From an uncultured Gammaproteobacteria bacterium (lineage in GTDB: Bacteria > Patescibacteriota > Microgenomatia > Woykebacterales > RBG-16-39-9b), in NCBI GenBank assembly GCA_964367355.1, contig CAYIWY010000001.1, forward strand, positions 35,307 through 99,306: a stretch of DNA of 64,000 bases. The letters run 5' to 3'. How positions within the stretch are numbered: the first letter of the stretch is position 1; each line of letters opens with the position of its first letter. The position numbers were made by a program, and so were the translations under genes. The notes below the pieces were generated by a model. It was not told where the DNA came from, did not search any database, and was given only the letters and a program-made list of their open reading frames with translations. Positions 9,865 to 20,386 of the stretch are shown here, piece by piece.

Positions 9865-11040
9865 ATGCAGTATGTTGATTTAGGACGGTTACCACAAAGT
9901 AATAATAAGAAAAAAGCAAAAAAAAGAGTATTTAAGTTTGCTTTTCTAGCCCTGCTTTTAGGATTGGTGATTTATTCTGGTTATATACTTTATTGGCCAG
10001 TGACAGTTCTCGTAAAACAAATTTTAAAACAGCCAAGTTCTGTACTTTCATTAATCAGAAAACCAGAGGGAGAATTAAGAATAGTTGATGGACGTACTAA
10101 TTTTTTATTGGTAGGAATAGATAAACGCTCGACTATTCCGTATTCCTACAAACTTGGCAACGACACGGTCAAGAAAAACGGTTTCAATTCAGACACCATT
10201 TTAGTGGTCTCTCTTGATCAGAAAACCAAAAACGTCAGTATGGTTTCGATTCCTCGTGATCTTTGGGTAAAAACAAAAGCCAACGGGAAATTCGGAGCCT
10301 ATTCAGGAAAAATTAACTCGCTCTACTCGATTGGTGAAATGCAAAATTACCCTTCTGGAGGAGGAATGGGACTTTTGAAAAATAAAGTAGAGGAGATTAT
10401 TGGTGTTCCGATTCAGTACACCTCAAGAATCGATTTTGACGGTTTTCGAAAAGGAGTAGATATATTAGATGGTCTTGATATAGTCGTTGATAATAGTTTT
10501 GATGACTATGAGTATCCGAGAGAAGGTTTTGAGAATTCGGTTTGTAAAGACGGGACATATAATTGTCAGGTAGAACATATCCACTTTGATAAAGGACTTG
10601 TTTCAATGGATGGATCAGAGGCTCTGAAGTATGCCCGTAGTCGAAAAGGTAATAATGGGGAGGGAAGTGATTTCGCTAGATCAAAGCGTCAGCAGAAAGT
10701 TTTAGTAGCCGCCAAGGAAAAAGCGCTGAAAATTCAAAACTTCTTTGATCCAATAAAAATAAATAGCCTTTTTAAGGAATTTGGTCAATCAGTTGAAACA
10801 GATATTGATATTAGTGCAATGACTGCTCTATATAACATGTCAAAAAAGGTCAAGACCGACTCAATTAATAGTTTGGTACTGAGTAATGCAACAGATAACT
10901 ATCTTTATGTACCACCAGCGGATCAATACGGCAGCGCTTATGTGCTGCTACCTAAAGGTAATGATTGGGAAAAAATTCAACAAGCTGTCAAAGATTTGTT
11001 GGCTAATGAAACTCAAGATACCCCTGCTTCGGAAAATTAA
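9865..11040 (+). CDS. LCP (LytR-CpsA-Psr) family protein
   Basis: N-terminal TM; SDTI, SIPRDLWV, KINS, ALKYARSR, SDFARSKRQQ. Confidence 0.92.
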   Translation: MQYVDLGRLPQSNNKKKAKKRVFKFAFLALLLGLVIYSGYILYWPVTVLVKQILKQPSSVLSLIRKPEGELRIVDGRTNFLLVGIDKRSTIPYSYKLGNDTVKKNGFNSDTILVVSLDQKTKNVSMVSIPRDLWVKTKANGKFGAYSGKINSLYSIGEMQNYPSGGGMGLLKNKVEEIIGVPIQYTSRIDFDGFRKGVDILDGLDIVVDNSFDDYEYPREGFENSVCKDGTYNCQVEHIHFDKGLVSMDGSEALKYARSRKGNNGEGSDFARSKRQQKVLVAAKEKALKIQNFFDPIKINSLFKEFGQSVETDIDISAMTALYNMSKKVKTDSINSLVLSNATDNYLYVPPADQYGSAYVLLPKGNDWEKIQQAVKDLLANETQDTPASEN

Positions 11041-11046
11041 TTTTTT

Positions 11047-11703
11047 ATGATTTATTTACTTTATGGTCCAGACGTTGCATCTTGTAGAGCTTTCCTTTTA
11101 AATTTCAAGAAAAACTATTCAGATATCGTTGTAATTTCAGGAAAAAAACAAACTGCTGCTTCCCTTCAGCTTCCCGAGGAAGAAAATTTATTTGGGGGGA
11201 AAAAGCTATTTATTATCGAAGACTTTACTCCAAAACAAAAAGAGCCGCTTGAGGAACTAGGAAATATTGACATTCTTATCACAAGCCAAGAATTAATCAC
11301 TCCTCCAAGTTGGGTGAGTAAAAGTTGGATTTTTAAGCAAGCAGAAACACTGTCAAATTTTAAACTTGCCGATCAGATGGCTTCAGGACAGGAAAAGCAG
11401 GCCTTATTAACTCTATCAAGACTGTTGAAACAAAGAACACCTTCGGAATTGATAATCGGAAGTTTGGTAAGACAATTTCGTCTGATCAGCCTGGTATTGT
11501 CTGGAGAGACGGAAGCAGTTTCAAAAAGTCCTTTTGTGGTCAGTAAAACCAGTCAGCAAGCCAAAAGTTGGAATTTTTCAAAAGTTAAAAAAGCCCTGAT
11601 TTTGATTCTTAAAGCCGACTTTGAGATAAAAACTGGATTACTAAATCAAGAGATAGCCTTGACAATAGTAGTTAGTAAAGTAGCATCTTTAGCTCTGGAT
11701 TAA
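11047..11703 (+). CDS. holA: DNA polymerase III delta subunit-like
   Basis: MIYLLYG start and C-terminal ADFEIKTG; near rpsT. Confidence 0.7.
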   Translation: MIYLLYGPDVASCRAFLLNFKKNYSDIVVISGKKQTAASLQLPEEENLFGGKKLFIIEDFTPKQKEPLEELGNIDILITSQELITPPSWVSKSWIFKQAETLSNFKLADQMASGQEKQALLTLSRLLKQRTPSELIIGSLVRQFRLISLVLSGETEAVSKSPFVVSKTSQQAKSWNFSKVKKALILILKADFEIKTGLLNQEIALTIVVSKVASLALD

Positions 11704-11888
11704 TTGCTGGGCAGAGTTTTCAAGGTCTCTAGTAGTTTAGAGTCTAGCTTTGGGTTTAATTCTTCAATCTGTTTTTGTGTTGGTGGGGGTATTTTGTCGT
11801 TAGTTAAAGTACTCACTATTTGTAGTGCCACAAAAGCGACTAGAACTACCAAGAAAATCGCTAGGATTGGAATAAAATTTTTGGTCAT
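11700..11888 (-). CDS. small membrane protein (pil operon tail)
   Basis: single TM; overlaps PilO-like stop. Confidence 0.6.
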   Translation of the reverse strand: MTKNFIPILAIFLVVLVAFVALQIVSTLTNDKIPPPTQKQIEELNPKLDSKLLETLKTLPSN

Positions 11889-12517
11889 TGACCTGCTCCT
11901 TTTTGAACTTGGTTTGGGACCACAGTTACCGGCGACCCAAGATAATTGGTTGTTGCCTGAATCGTAAGAACCTGTTGGCTACTATCTCCCTTCATATCAA
12001 GTTGCCTTGTACTAGTTATACGGATAAAATTCTCAGCGTCTTTTAAAAATTCATTGAGAGCCATGAAGTTACCAGACAGTGAAAGTGTGTAGTCAATATT
12101 CCTGACAGAAAGTGTAGTTTCTTTGTCCGGTACAGAGACTGGCACGTCACTAAATTGAATCGATTTGATAGCAACATTATGTTTGGCGGCCAAAGTCTCT
12201 ATCGGAGTCTTAATATAATTTTTGACGTCTGAACCTGTGGGAAGTGCTTTTTCAAGAAGAGCGAGGTCACCCTTTACTTCGTCAAGGTTTTGTTCAGCTA
12301 GGTTAAGAGAATTTATTTTATCCGAGAGTTTCTTATCCACTACTTTGTTAGTCTCAATCTCTTTGTTGACACTAGCAATATGCTGGATTGCCGGGTAAAT
12401 CATAACAATTAAAACAATCAATAAGACTAGAGTTGCTGCTCCATCAAAATAATTTTTTTTCTTCGGATCAGCAGTTGCTTTATTGTAGCTAGCTAGTGTT
12501 TGCTCGTAAAATTGCAT
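11885..12517 (-). CDS. pilO: type IV pilus PilO-like protein
   Basis: TM, coiled coil, ALP, LSGNFMALNEFLKDAENFIRI. Confidence 0.75.
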   Translation of the reverse strand: MQFYEQTLASYNKATADPKKKNYFDGAATLVLLIVLIVMIYPAIQHIASVNKEIETNKVVDKKLSDKINSLNLAEQNLDEVKGDLALLEKALPTGSDVKNYIKTPIETLAAKHNVAIKSIQFSDVPVSVPDKETTLSVRNIDYTLSLSGNFMALNEFLKDAENFIRITSTRQLDMKGDSSQQVLTIQATTNYLGSPVTVVPNQVQKGAGQ

Positions 12518-12525
12518 AAGTATTC

Positions 12526-13122
12526 CTAATTACTACTAAAACCACCCTTATTTATCGAAGTTGAAGCTGTAAATTTATAACTTCCATTTGTTTCTTTTGA
12601 AAGAGCGGTGATATCAAGATTGTTAATTTTGTTCGATGTGTTGAAAGAATTTATCATAGTTTGTAGTTGTTGTGGGTCGGGGAAATTTCCAGAAAAGGTA
12701 ATGGTTTTTCCATCACTCGTCAAGCTCGCAAGACTAAGTCCAACTGGTAAAAGACGGGCAAATTCCGAAAGGACTTTATTTTCCTCAAAGCGAATAGAAC
12801 GAATTGAAGCTACTTGATTAATCTGATTTTGGATTTTACGGAAACGATCTTCACAAAACTCCTCTGGTTTGTTTGGATCGCATTTTTGTAGTTCATCGAC
12901 AGCGGATTGTTTGTATTTGATAGAAATTTTAAGATCGTTCTTTTCTTTTGAAAGCCAGACTCCAAATAAAAATGTTCCGAGTGCAATAATTTCAGTGACA
13001 ATAATTAGATAGCGACCAACTGTTAGAACCCAATGAACAGCATTATTGGTCGAAGTAATCGGATTTTCGTTGGGGAGTAAATCAATATTTAAATCAGGCG
13101 ATTTTGGGGCAGCCTTAGGCAT
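12526..13122 (-). CDS. pilN: type IV pilus PilN-like protein
   Basis: NIDLLP N-terminal motif, TM, LLPVGLSLASL, ITFSG. Confidence 0.75.
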   Translation of the reverse strand: MPKAAPKSPDLNIDLLPNENPITSTNNAVHWVLTVGRYLIIVTEIIALGTFLFGVWLSKEKNDLKISIKYKQSAVDELQKCDPNKPEEFCEDRFRKIQNQINQVASIRSIRFEENKVLSEFARLLPVGLSLASLTSDGKTITFSGNFPDPQQLQTMINSFNTSNKINNLDITALSKETNGSYKFTASTSINKGGFSSN

Positions 13123-13156
13123 TTGCTTAAAAGTATAGCATCAAAGCTAGACGTTA

Positions 13157-13456
13157 TCAACTCGATTTTTTCTTTTTTGAAACTGCTTTTTTAGCCTTTG
13201 GAGGTTTAGTAGTAGTAGAAGAAACAATGACCTTTTTTGAGAGGCGAGATTTTTTTCTGTCTGCTCGTGCTTTGGGTATCAAACCTTTCTTTGCCGCCCT
13301 ATCTAGACTACTAAAAGCCTTACTTAAATTTTCATTTGATGGGTTGGTAGTTGCAAGTTTAATTGCTTTTTTGAGCGCGCTTATTTTTGTTCGGTTGCGT
13401 AGAGTTCGAACTTTGTCCTGGCGCATTTTTTTAATAGCTGATTTAATCAAAGGCAT
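13157..13456 (-). CDS. rpsT: 30S ribosomal protein S20
   Basis: MPLIKSAIKKMRQ...LDRAAKKGLI...ADRKKSRL. Confidence 0.95.
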   Translation of the reverse strand: MPLIKSAIKKMRQDKVRTLRNRTKISALKKAIKLATTNPSNENLSKAFSSLDRAAKKGLIPKARADRKKSRLSKKVIVSSTTTKPPKAKKAVSKKKKSS

Positions 13457-13540
13457 ATGTAATAGTTTACCTTACACTGTCAACTAAGTTTAAAGTTATT
13501 GTTATCAGTTAGGCAAGTTGATATACTTTGAACTTAAGAT

Positions 13541-15235
13541 ATGGTAAATAAAATTCTCAGACAAGGTAGTTCAATTCTATTCAAACGTCAGACAAATATT
13601 CTTTCCGCAGCCTTAATTATGATGGTTTTAGTTTTAACGAGCCGTTTTTTGGGTTTGTGGAGAAACTGGTTTTTGGCACGGTACTTTGGGGCTTCGGGAA
13701 CACTAGATGCCTTTAATGTTGCTTTCGTTATCCCGGATTTGATTGCCAATGTTTTGATAACAGGCGCTTTGTCAGTGGCATTTATCCCAGTTTTCACAAC
13801 TTACATTACAAAAAAACAAAATCATGAAGCCGAGGATCTAGCGTCGACGATATTAAATTTAGTTTTATTAGTTTATTCATTTCTGGCAATAATTGTTTTT
13901 ATCTTTCCTTTGCAAATCAACAGTATGCTTGGTTTGAAGTTAAATGCACCTTTTGACCAGCAAGCAGCCAACCTTATGAGAATAATTATTTTCGGTGAGT
14001 TTTTTCTTGTAATTGGTAGTTTTCTAACCTCGGTTTTGCAAAGTTACCACCGCTTCTTAATTGCGGCTCTGGCTCCGGTTTTATACAATGCGGGAATTAT
14101 TTTTGGGATAGTTGTTTTAAGTCGCAGTTTTGGAATTTATGGAGTGGGTTTGGGAGTTGTTTTTGGATCCTTGTTTCATATGTTAATCCAATTTTTTGCA
14201 CTGAAAAGTATGGGTTTTAACTACCGCTCAATTTTAAAGCTAAAAGACCCAGATGTTATCCGAATTCTAAAACTCTCGCTGCCAAGGGCTCTTGGAGTTG
14301 GTGTGGGTCAAATTGAGGTGATGGCTAATGTTATTTTCGCTTCGTCTTTGACTATTGGTTCGATTGCAATTTTAAAATTCTCAGCCGACCTCCAAAATTT
14401 ACCAATTGGTTTGTTTGGACTTACTATTGCTACAGCTGCACTACCAACTTTTTCGGCAGAATGGTCGGCTGGAAAAATTGAAGAGTTTAAAAAAACTTTT
14501 TTAAACTCACTTTTTCAAATGCTTTATTTGGCAGTACCAGTGAGTGTTTTACTGGCGGTATTGCGTATTCCGGTGGTGCGATTGGTATTAGGATCAGGGC
14601 TTTTTGATTGGCCAGCCACTGTTGCAACAGCAACTACACTTTCTCTTTTTGCAATTGGGGTATTTGCTCAGGCGGGTTTCCTTTTAGTTACTCGCGCTTT
14701 TTATTCGATGCATGATACCGTAACTCCGTTAAGAATAGCCATTGCAAGTTTGATTGTTCATATCTCGTTGAGCTATTATTTTATTTTTATTCTGGGGAAA
14801 AACGCAGCGATCCCGGTTGCTTATTTAGGACTAGCAACGTCACTTTCGGGGATGTTTAGTTTCTTCTCACTGTTATTTTTATTAGATCGACGGTTGCACA
14901 AATTTGATCGTAAGCAGCTTTTTTACCCAATGGTAAAGATTGTTGTTCCGGCAATGATAATGGGAATATTCCTTTATGTTCCACTGCATTTGCGCTTGCC
15001 AAACGGGGAGTTTATCATCGACTATATTATTGATACCAAAAGGGCTCTTAACCTACTATTTTTAACAACTTTTGTTAGTATCTCAGGATTTGGAGTTTAT
15101 ATATTGACTACATGGTGGTTTAAATCTGAAGAGTTGTTTTCATTCATAAAAATGATACCGGATTTGAGAAAAGTAACTAAAGCATTAGAGTTGGAAGAGC
15201 CTGTTGATACCACACATAGTGCCCCGCATATTTAA
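13541..15235 (+). CDS. murJ: lipid II flippase MurJ
   Basis: SRFLGLWR, DAFNVAFVIPD, GALSVAFIPVF, RAFYSMHDTVTP; many TMs. Confidence 0.93.
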   Translation: MVNKILRQGSSILFKRQTNILSAALIMMVLVLTSRFLGLWRNWFLARYFGASGTLDAFNVAFVIPDLIANVLITGALSVAFIPVFTTYITKKQNHEAEDLASTILNLVLLVYSFLAIIVFIFPLQINSMLGLKLNAPFDQQAANLMRIIIFGEFFLVIGSFLTSVLQSYHRFLIAALAPVLYNAGIIFGIVVLSRSFGIYGVGLGVVFGSLFHMLIQFFALKSMGFNYRSILKLKDPDVIRILKLSLPRALGVGVGQIEVMANVIFASSLTIGSIAILKFSADLQNLPIGLFGLTIATAALPTFSAEWSAGKIEEFKKTFLNSLFQMLYLAVPVSVLLAVLRIPVVRLVLGSGLFDWPATVATATTLSLFAIGVFAQAGFLLVTRAFYSMHDTVTPLRIAIASLIVHISLSYYFIFILGKNAAIPVAYLGLATSLSGMFSFFSLLFLLDRRLHKFDRKQLFYPMVKIVVPAMIMGIFLYVPLHLRLPNGEFIIDYIIDTKRALNLLFLTTFVSISGFGVYILTTWWFKSEELFSFIKMIPDLRKVTKALELEEPVDTTHSAPHI

Positions 15236-15273
15236 CTTGTATTGTTTTAAGGAAAACTCAAGAAATTAAAAAT

Positions 15274-17040
15274 ATGAAAAATATACGAAATTTTGCAATT
15301 GCTGCCCATATTGATCACGGCAAATCAACTTTGGCTGATCGTATGCTAGAGATTACCGGTACAATTGAAAAATCAAAAATGAAAGATCAGCTTTTGGATC
15401 AAATGGATATTGAACGAGAGCGGGGGATCACAATAAAACTACAACCAGTCCAAATGAATTGGAAAGGCTACCAACTTAATCTCATCGATACCCCAGGGCA
15501 CGTCGATTTTAGTTATGAAGTTAGCCGCTCCCTGGCTGCTGTTGAGGGAGTACTTTTGCTAGTCGATGCAACTCAAGGAGTTCAAGCGCAAACACTAAGT
15601 AATTTTTATTTAGCCAAAAAACAAAACCTTAAAATAATTCCTGTAATCAATAAAATTGATATGCCGTCCTCAGATCCGGAAAAAGTCTCAAGTGAAATGG
15701 TAGAAATTTTAGAAGTAGAAGGCTCTTCAATAATTAAGATTTCCGCAAAGCAGGGGATTAATATTGAAAAAGTACTCGACACAATAGTTGAAAAAATCCC
15801 AGCACCTGTATCAACTCAAGAAGAAAAGCGGGCTTTAATTTTTGATTCAAGTTTTGACCCTTTCAAAGGGGTGATTGCTTATGTGCGGGTAGTTGATGGT
15901 AATTTTACAAATGGTGAGGAAATTGTTTTCTTAGGGACAAAAGGGAAGGCGACTATTGTTGAGGTTGGGGTATTGAAGCCTTCATTAACAAGAAGGTCAA
16001 TGATTGAGGAAGGGGAGATTGGTTATATCGCTACTGGTTTAAAAGATGCAACCAAGGTAAGGGTGGGGGACACAATCGGATCAGTTCTGGAGAAGACTAC
16101 CCCTCCCCTGTCGGGTTATAAAGAAGTTAAACCAATGGTTTTTGCTGGCTTTTACCCGGCGGATAATGATAGATTCCCAGCGTTAAAAGACGCTTTGGAA
16201 AAATTGAAGTTAAACGACGCCTCTTTGACATTTGAAGCTGATAGTAGTACTGCCTTAGGATTTGGCTTTCGCTGTGGTTTTTTAGGCTTACTTCATTTTG
16301 AAGTTGTCCAGGAGCGCTTGGAACGGGAATATAATTTGGACTTGGTTGCATCCAGCCCAACAGTGAAATATCAGATTGAGCTAACCAACGGACAAGTGAG
16401 TGAAATTTCCAACCCAACAAAATTTCCCGATCCGAGTGAGATAAAATCAATCAAAGAACCGATCATTACCGCCACAATTGTCTCGAGAAATGATTATCTT
16501 GGTGGGGTTTTGGAACTTTTGAACAACCGTCGGGCAACGGTTTTTGATATCCGTTATGTTGGGTCCCAAGTGGTGATTGAGTTTACCCTTCCCCTAGCCG
16601 AAGTGGTTAGTGATTTTTACGATCGGCTGAAATCTGTTTCTTCAGGTTACGCATCATTTGATTACGAACTCGCTGGTTGGGAAGAAGTTGAGGCAGTCAA
16701 AATGGATATTTTAGTTGCCAAAGACGTAGTTGACGCTCTCTCCCAAGTTGTTGTAAAGAAAAAAGCTGATGAAGTTGGTCGGAAATTAGTTGAAAAGCTG
16801 AAAGAAGTCCTTCCCCGCCAAAATTTTGAAGTTAGTATTCAAGCAGCAATTGGCGGAAAAATTATCGCCCGCGCCGATGTCCCGGCTTTTCGCAAAGATG
16901 TGACCGCCAAACTTTATGGGGGTGACGTAACTCGCAAAAATAAGCTTTTGGACAAACAAAAGAAGGGTAAGAAAAGACTAAAGCAGTTTGGAAAGGTACA
17001 GATCCCGCAGGAGGCGTTTTTATCGATCCTGAAAATTTAA
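15274..17040 (+). CDS. lepA: elongation factor 4
   Basis: HIDHGKSTLADR, LIDTPGHVDF, GFRCGFLGLLH, KDVTAKLYGGD. Confidence 0.97.
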   Translation: MKNIRNFAIAAHIDHGKSTLADRMLEITGTIEKSKMKDQLLDQMDIERERGITIKLQPVQMNWKGYQLNLIDTPGHVDFSYEVSRSLAAVEGVLLLVDATQGVQAQTLSNFYLAKKQNLKIIPVINKIDMPSSDPEKVSSEMVEILEVEGSSIIKISAKQGINIEKVLDTIVEKIPAPVSTQEEKRALIFDSSFDPFKGVIAYVRVVDGNFTNGEEIVFLGTKGKATIVEVGVLKPSLTRRSMIEEGEIGYIATGLKDATKVRVGDTIGSVLEKTTPPLSGYKEVKPMVFAGFYPADNDRFPALKDALEKLKLNDASLTFEADSSTALGFGFRCGFLGLLHFEVVQERLEREYNLDLVASSPTVKYQIELTNGQVSEISNPTKFPDPSEIKSIKEPIITATIVSRNDYLGGVLELLNNRRATVFDIRYVGSQVVIEFTLPLAEVVSDFYDRLKSVSSGYASFDYELAGWEEVEAVKMDILVAKDVVDALSQVVVKKKADEVGRKLVEKLKEVLPRQNFEVSIQAAIGGKIIARADVPAFRKDVTAKLYGGDVTRKNKLLDKQKKGKKRLKQFGKVQIPQEAFLSILKI

Positions 17041-17042
17041 CT

Positions 17043-17888
17043 ATGAGTGACAAAAGTTCAGTTATCAATTATTACAATAAGACTCTTGCCGATTACCAAT
17101 TTGTTTATTTTCGCAATAACGATCACTCGATGCATTATGGTTATTGGGATGAAAAGGTTAAGAATTATCACCAAGCATTGGTAAGGATAAATGGAGTAAT
17201 TGCGGAAAGGTTAAAGCTCAAGAAAACAGATCTTGTTCTTGACGCTGGATGTGGTTTGGGAGAAACTTCTTTTTGGTTAGCCAACAATATTGGTTGTTTA
17301 GTCGAAGGAATTTCTATAACCAAAAGCCAAATTGTAAAAGCCAGAAAACTGGCAAAAGAAAAGGTAAAGGGAGCAAGGTTAAATTTCCGCACTCTCGATT
17401 TTACAAAAACAAACTATCCAGATAACCACTTCGACGCGGTTATTGCAATTGAAGCGATTTGCCATCTAGAAGACAAAAGCGATTTTTACCGAGAGATGTT
17501 TAGGATTTTGAAACCCAACGGACGTTTGGCCGTAGCCGAATATACCTTGAAGAAACTAAAATTAACGGTTGTGCAGCAAAAGCGAATGCGAAATTGGTTA
17601 GATGGTTGGGCAATACCAAATATTTGGACAGAAAAGCAGCATTTACAGGCACTTGAAAAAACTGGGTTTATTTCGGTTTCTTCCGAAGATTACTCTGCCA
17701 AAGTTACTAACGCAGCAAAATATCTATATTTTTCAGCCCTACTAGGTATCCCGGGTTACAAAATACGTAGTTGGTTACACCTTTTGGACAGAGAGCGGTT
17801 AAAAAACGCCCAATCTTGTAAGTACCAGTGGTTAACTAAAAAAGAAAACTTATGGGGTCACAATCTGTACTTGGCCAAAAAACCTTGA
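17043..17888 (+). CDS. SAM-dependent methyltransferase (sterol/tocopherol MT-like)
   Basis: MHYGYW, VLDAGCGLG, EMFRILKPNG. Confidence 0.9.
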   Translation: MSDKSSVINYYNKTLADYQFVYFRNNDHSMHYGYWDEKVKNYHQALVRINGVIAERLKLKKTDLVLDAGCGLGETSFWLANNIGCLVEGISITKSQIVKARKLAKEKVKGARLNFRTLDFTKTNYPDNHFDAVIAIEAICHLEDKSDFYREMFRILKPNGRLAVAEYTLKKLKLTVVQQKRMRNWLDGWAIPNIWTEKQHLQALEKTGFISVSSEDYSAKVTNAAKYLYFSALLGIPGYKIRSWLHLLDRERLKNAQSCKYQWLTKKENLWGHNLYLAKKP

Positions 17889-17900
17889 TACAATTCTGCC

Positions 17901-18221
17901 ATGAATGAAATGGTGAAAATTATTGTTACGGTTCCGGTGGCTGATGCCGAAAAGTTAAGAAACGCGATTGGTCAAACTGAGGCCGGAAAACAAGGAAATT
18001 ACGATTTTTGTAGTTTTTCCACCAAAGGAATTGGTCGGTTCCGACCACTCGATGGTGCCCACCCGACTATTGGTGAAGTTGGAAAACTAGAAGAAGTTGA
18101 GGAAGAAAGAATCGAAGTTATTTGTCCTAAAGAGAAACTTTCAGAAGTCGTTAACACTATTAAAGCCGCCCACCCTTACGAAGAGCCCGCAATTGATGTC
18201 TATCCGTTACTGAATCCTTAA
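17901..18221 (+). CDS. YqfO/NIF3 insert-domain (PII/CutA-like) protein
   Basis: GNYDFCSF, GRFRP, HPYEEPAIDVYPL. Confidence 0.88.
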   Translation: MNEMVKIIVTVPVADAEKLRNAIGQTEAGKQGNYDFCSFSTKGIGRFRPLDGAHPTIGEVGKLEEVEEERIEVICPKEKLSEVVNTIKAAHPYEEPAIDVYPLLNP

Positions 18222-18222
18222 T

Positions 18223-18636
18223 ATGAAAAAGATTACTCCCACAAATGAAATTTACGTTGGTGCTTCCAAAGTTAAAGGTGCCGGCCGGGGTGTTTTTGCC
18301 GCAAAGCGAATACAAAAAGGCGAAATTATCGAAAGTTGCCCAGTAGTTGAAATAACTGAGAAAGAAGCTTCTCTTTTGAGAAAAACAGAACTGAAAAATT
18401 ATTATTTTCTTTGGGGCAGCGACTTAAAAAAAGTAGCATTGTGTTTGGGGTTTGGTTCAATTTATAACCATTCGTACTCACCAAACGCAACTTACAATAA
18501 ACGTACAAAGGAGAGGTTAATAGATTTTGTTGCAATAAAAGATATAAATAAGGACGAAGAAATCACCGTAAACTACAATTTTGGAAAACCAGACGATAAA
18601 AGTCCTTTATGGATAAAATCGATAAAAACACCCTAA
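18223..18636 (+). CDS. SET-domain protein
   Basis: GRGVFA, YNHSYSPNA, EEITVNY. Confidence 0.92.
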   Translation: MKKITPTNEIYVGASKVKGAGRGVFAAKRIQKGEIIESCPVVEITEKEASLLRKTELKNYYFLWGSDLKKVALCLGFGSIYNHSYSPNATYNKRTKERLIDFVAIKDINKDEEITVNYNFGKPDDKSPLWIKSIKTP

Positions 18637-18643
18637 AGATACT

Positions 18644-20260
18644 TTACTCAATCTTGTAGATAAAAATACTCTTCCCTGCTTTAGCGATGGGGGTATATTT
18701 ATCCACAATCCAAGAGTAGTCTTCGGATGTATCCTTGCGGGTTACTATTACCGATGTGGATAAGGCGACCCAGCCTTTGTAGTTTTTAGCTGTAGGAGTG
18801 AGCTGCATAACTGGCAATTTATAGTAATCTCTGGCAGCATAGATTCCGGAATAATTGTCGATCGCAAGCGATTTTATCTTGTTGGCTCGGACAAAATCGG
18901 CCAGGCGCTTTACATCCTGTCCCCAATCATAGTTGGCATCGTTAGCGACTTTCCAGCCGTTGTCAGTTCCTCCAACTGTAAAATTAAAATAGCTCAAGAA
19001 ATGTGGATAAGTTGTCGCGGTTGACCAGATTCTCCCACCAAAAATTGTTAAAACTAATAATGCTGACAAAGTTAAGGAGGTTTTTGGTTTGAACCTTCGA
19101 AGTATTAAATGAATTAGAGAGGCAAATCCGCCAGCTGCAAAGATAATCAAAAATGGATAGATCGGAAGAATATGACGAATTCCGATATTAAATTTGGAAA
19201 AAACTGCGGTCAGGAAAAAAAGTCCAATCGGCAAAACAGAAATTAGTAAAGCCTTTTTAGGTAGGACTATTTTTTTAAAAAAAACTAAGATTAAGGCAAT
19301 TAAAGCTCCAACTAGAGACAAAATTTGAGTTTTTGTCGCAACTAAAACTGGGAAATAGTACCAACGAGAGCCGAAATAATTGTCACCAAGGAGATAAGAT
19401 GATCTACCATCTTTCGAAACAGATAAGAAAACTCTTCCTGCGCCTTCTAAATACCTCCCAGGGAAAAATCCAGTTAATCCTCTATCTCGAAACGAAACTA
19501 AACCGTAAAAAATTGGGATTGCAAGAAAGATACTTCCAAGTAAATAAAGAATATGTTTTCGAGGACGAGTTTTTTGAGTTTGGTAAATTAATTCCATGGA
19601 AATTACTACGATTGGTAATAAATAAAGGGCTGAGAATTTGGTGAGTAGAGAGAGTATTAGTGAAAGAGTTAGGAAAATAAGTCTTTCGATACTCTGTTTC
19701 TCCGAATAAAGCCAAAGGGCAAAGATAATTAAAACAAAAAATCCAGCAGCGGGCATATCAGTATTGAACAAAGAACCGTTGGATAAAATCACACCCTCAG
19801 TGCTATAAAGAAAAACCGCTATTAGTCCGGCAAGATTGCCAAAAAGTTTCTGCGCAAAAAGAAAAATTATTAAGCCAAAAGCGGCTGTTAGAAATATCAT
19901 CAGAAGTCTTGTGTCAAACAGAATTTTATCTGGGTTGTTTGTTTGATAATTCAAAAACGCTTGTGAAGCAGAAAACATCTGGTCAATCTCTAAATTACTT
20001 CTTTGGATTTTGTAATGCGGGTCATTCAAATTAATTTTGGTTTCTTGAAACAGAAGAGGTGTTGCAGCGTACATTTTGGCAAGCAGCGGGTGTTCAATAT
20101 CGATATAATCATGGCCATATCTCAGCGCCACATATCCGGAAAGTAGGTGTGGGGGTTCATCGAAAGTGGGTGAATCGTTTCGGCTTGCAAAAAGCATTAA
20201 AATAACCATGGTGGCAAGATTTAAAATTACAAGTATTTTAATTAACGATTGTTTTGACAT
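18644..20260 (-). CDS. PMT/ArnT-like membrane glycosyltransferase (GT-C)
   Basis: PTFDEPPH, EHPLLAK, multiple TMs, GIRHILP, NYDWGQD. Confidence 0.85.
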   Translation of the reverse strand: MSKQSLIKILVILNLATMVILMLFASRNDSPTFDEPPHLLSGYVALRYGHDYIDIEHPLLAKMYAATPLLFQETKINLNDPHYKIQRSNLEIDQMFSASQAFLNYQTNNPDKILFDTRLLMIFLTAAFGLIIFLFAQKLFGNLAGLIAVFLYSTEGVILSNGSLFNTDMPAAGFFVLIIFALWLYSEKQSIERLIFLTLSLILSLLTKFSALYLLPIVVISMELIYQTQKTRPRKHILYLLGSIFLAIPIFYGLVSFRDRGLTGFFPGRYLEGAGRVFLSVSKDGRSSYLLGDNYFGSRWYYFPVLVATKTQILSLVGALIALILVFFKKIVLPKKALLISVLPIGLFFLTAVFSKFNIGIRHILPIYPFLIIFAAGGFASLIHLILRRFKPKTSLTLSALLVLTIFGGRIWSTATTYPHFLSYFNFTVGGTDNGWKVANDANYDWGQDVKRLADFVRANKIKSLAIDNYSGIYAARDYYKLPVMQLTPTAKNYKGWVALSTSVIVTRKDTSEDYSWIVDKYTPIAKAGKSIFIYKIE

Positions 20261-20331
20261 AAAAAATTAGAATTTTGATCGACTTTCCTAGCAACAGAAA
20301 AGTTAAACAATATTATACAGGTAAGCAAATC

Positions 20332-20368
20332 TTGACAGTAGTTAGCACTCGTGCTAAATTGTTGCTAC
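20332..20368 (+). promoter_or_regulatory. promoter overlapping a CIRCE-like operator
   Basis: TTGACA at 20332; TTAGCACTC-N9-TGTTGCTAC (perfect left arm, 5/9 right arm) directly upstream of hrcA. Confidence 0.75.
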
Positions 20369-20386
20369 TTCAAAAGAGGAGGTAAA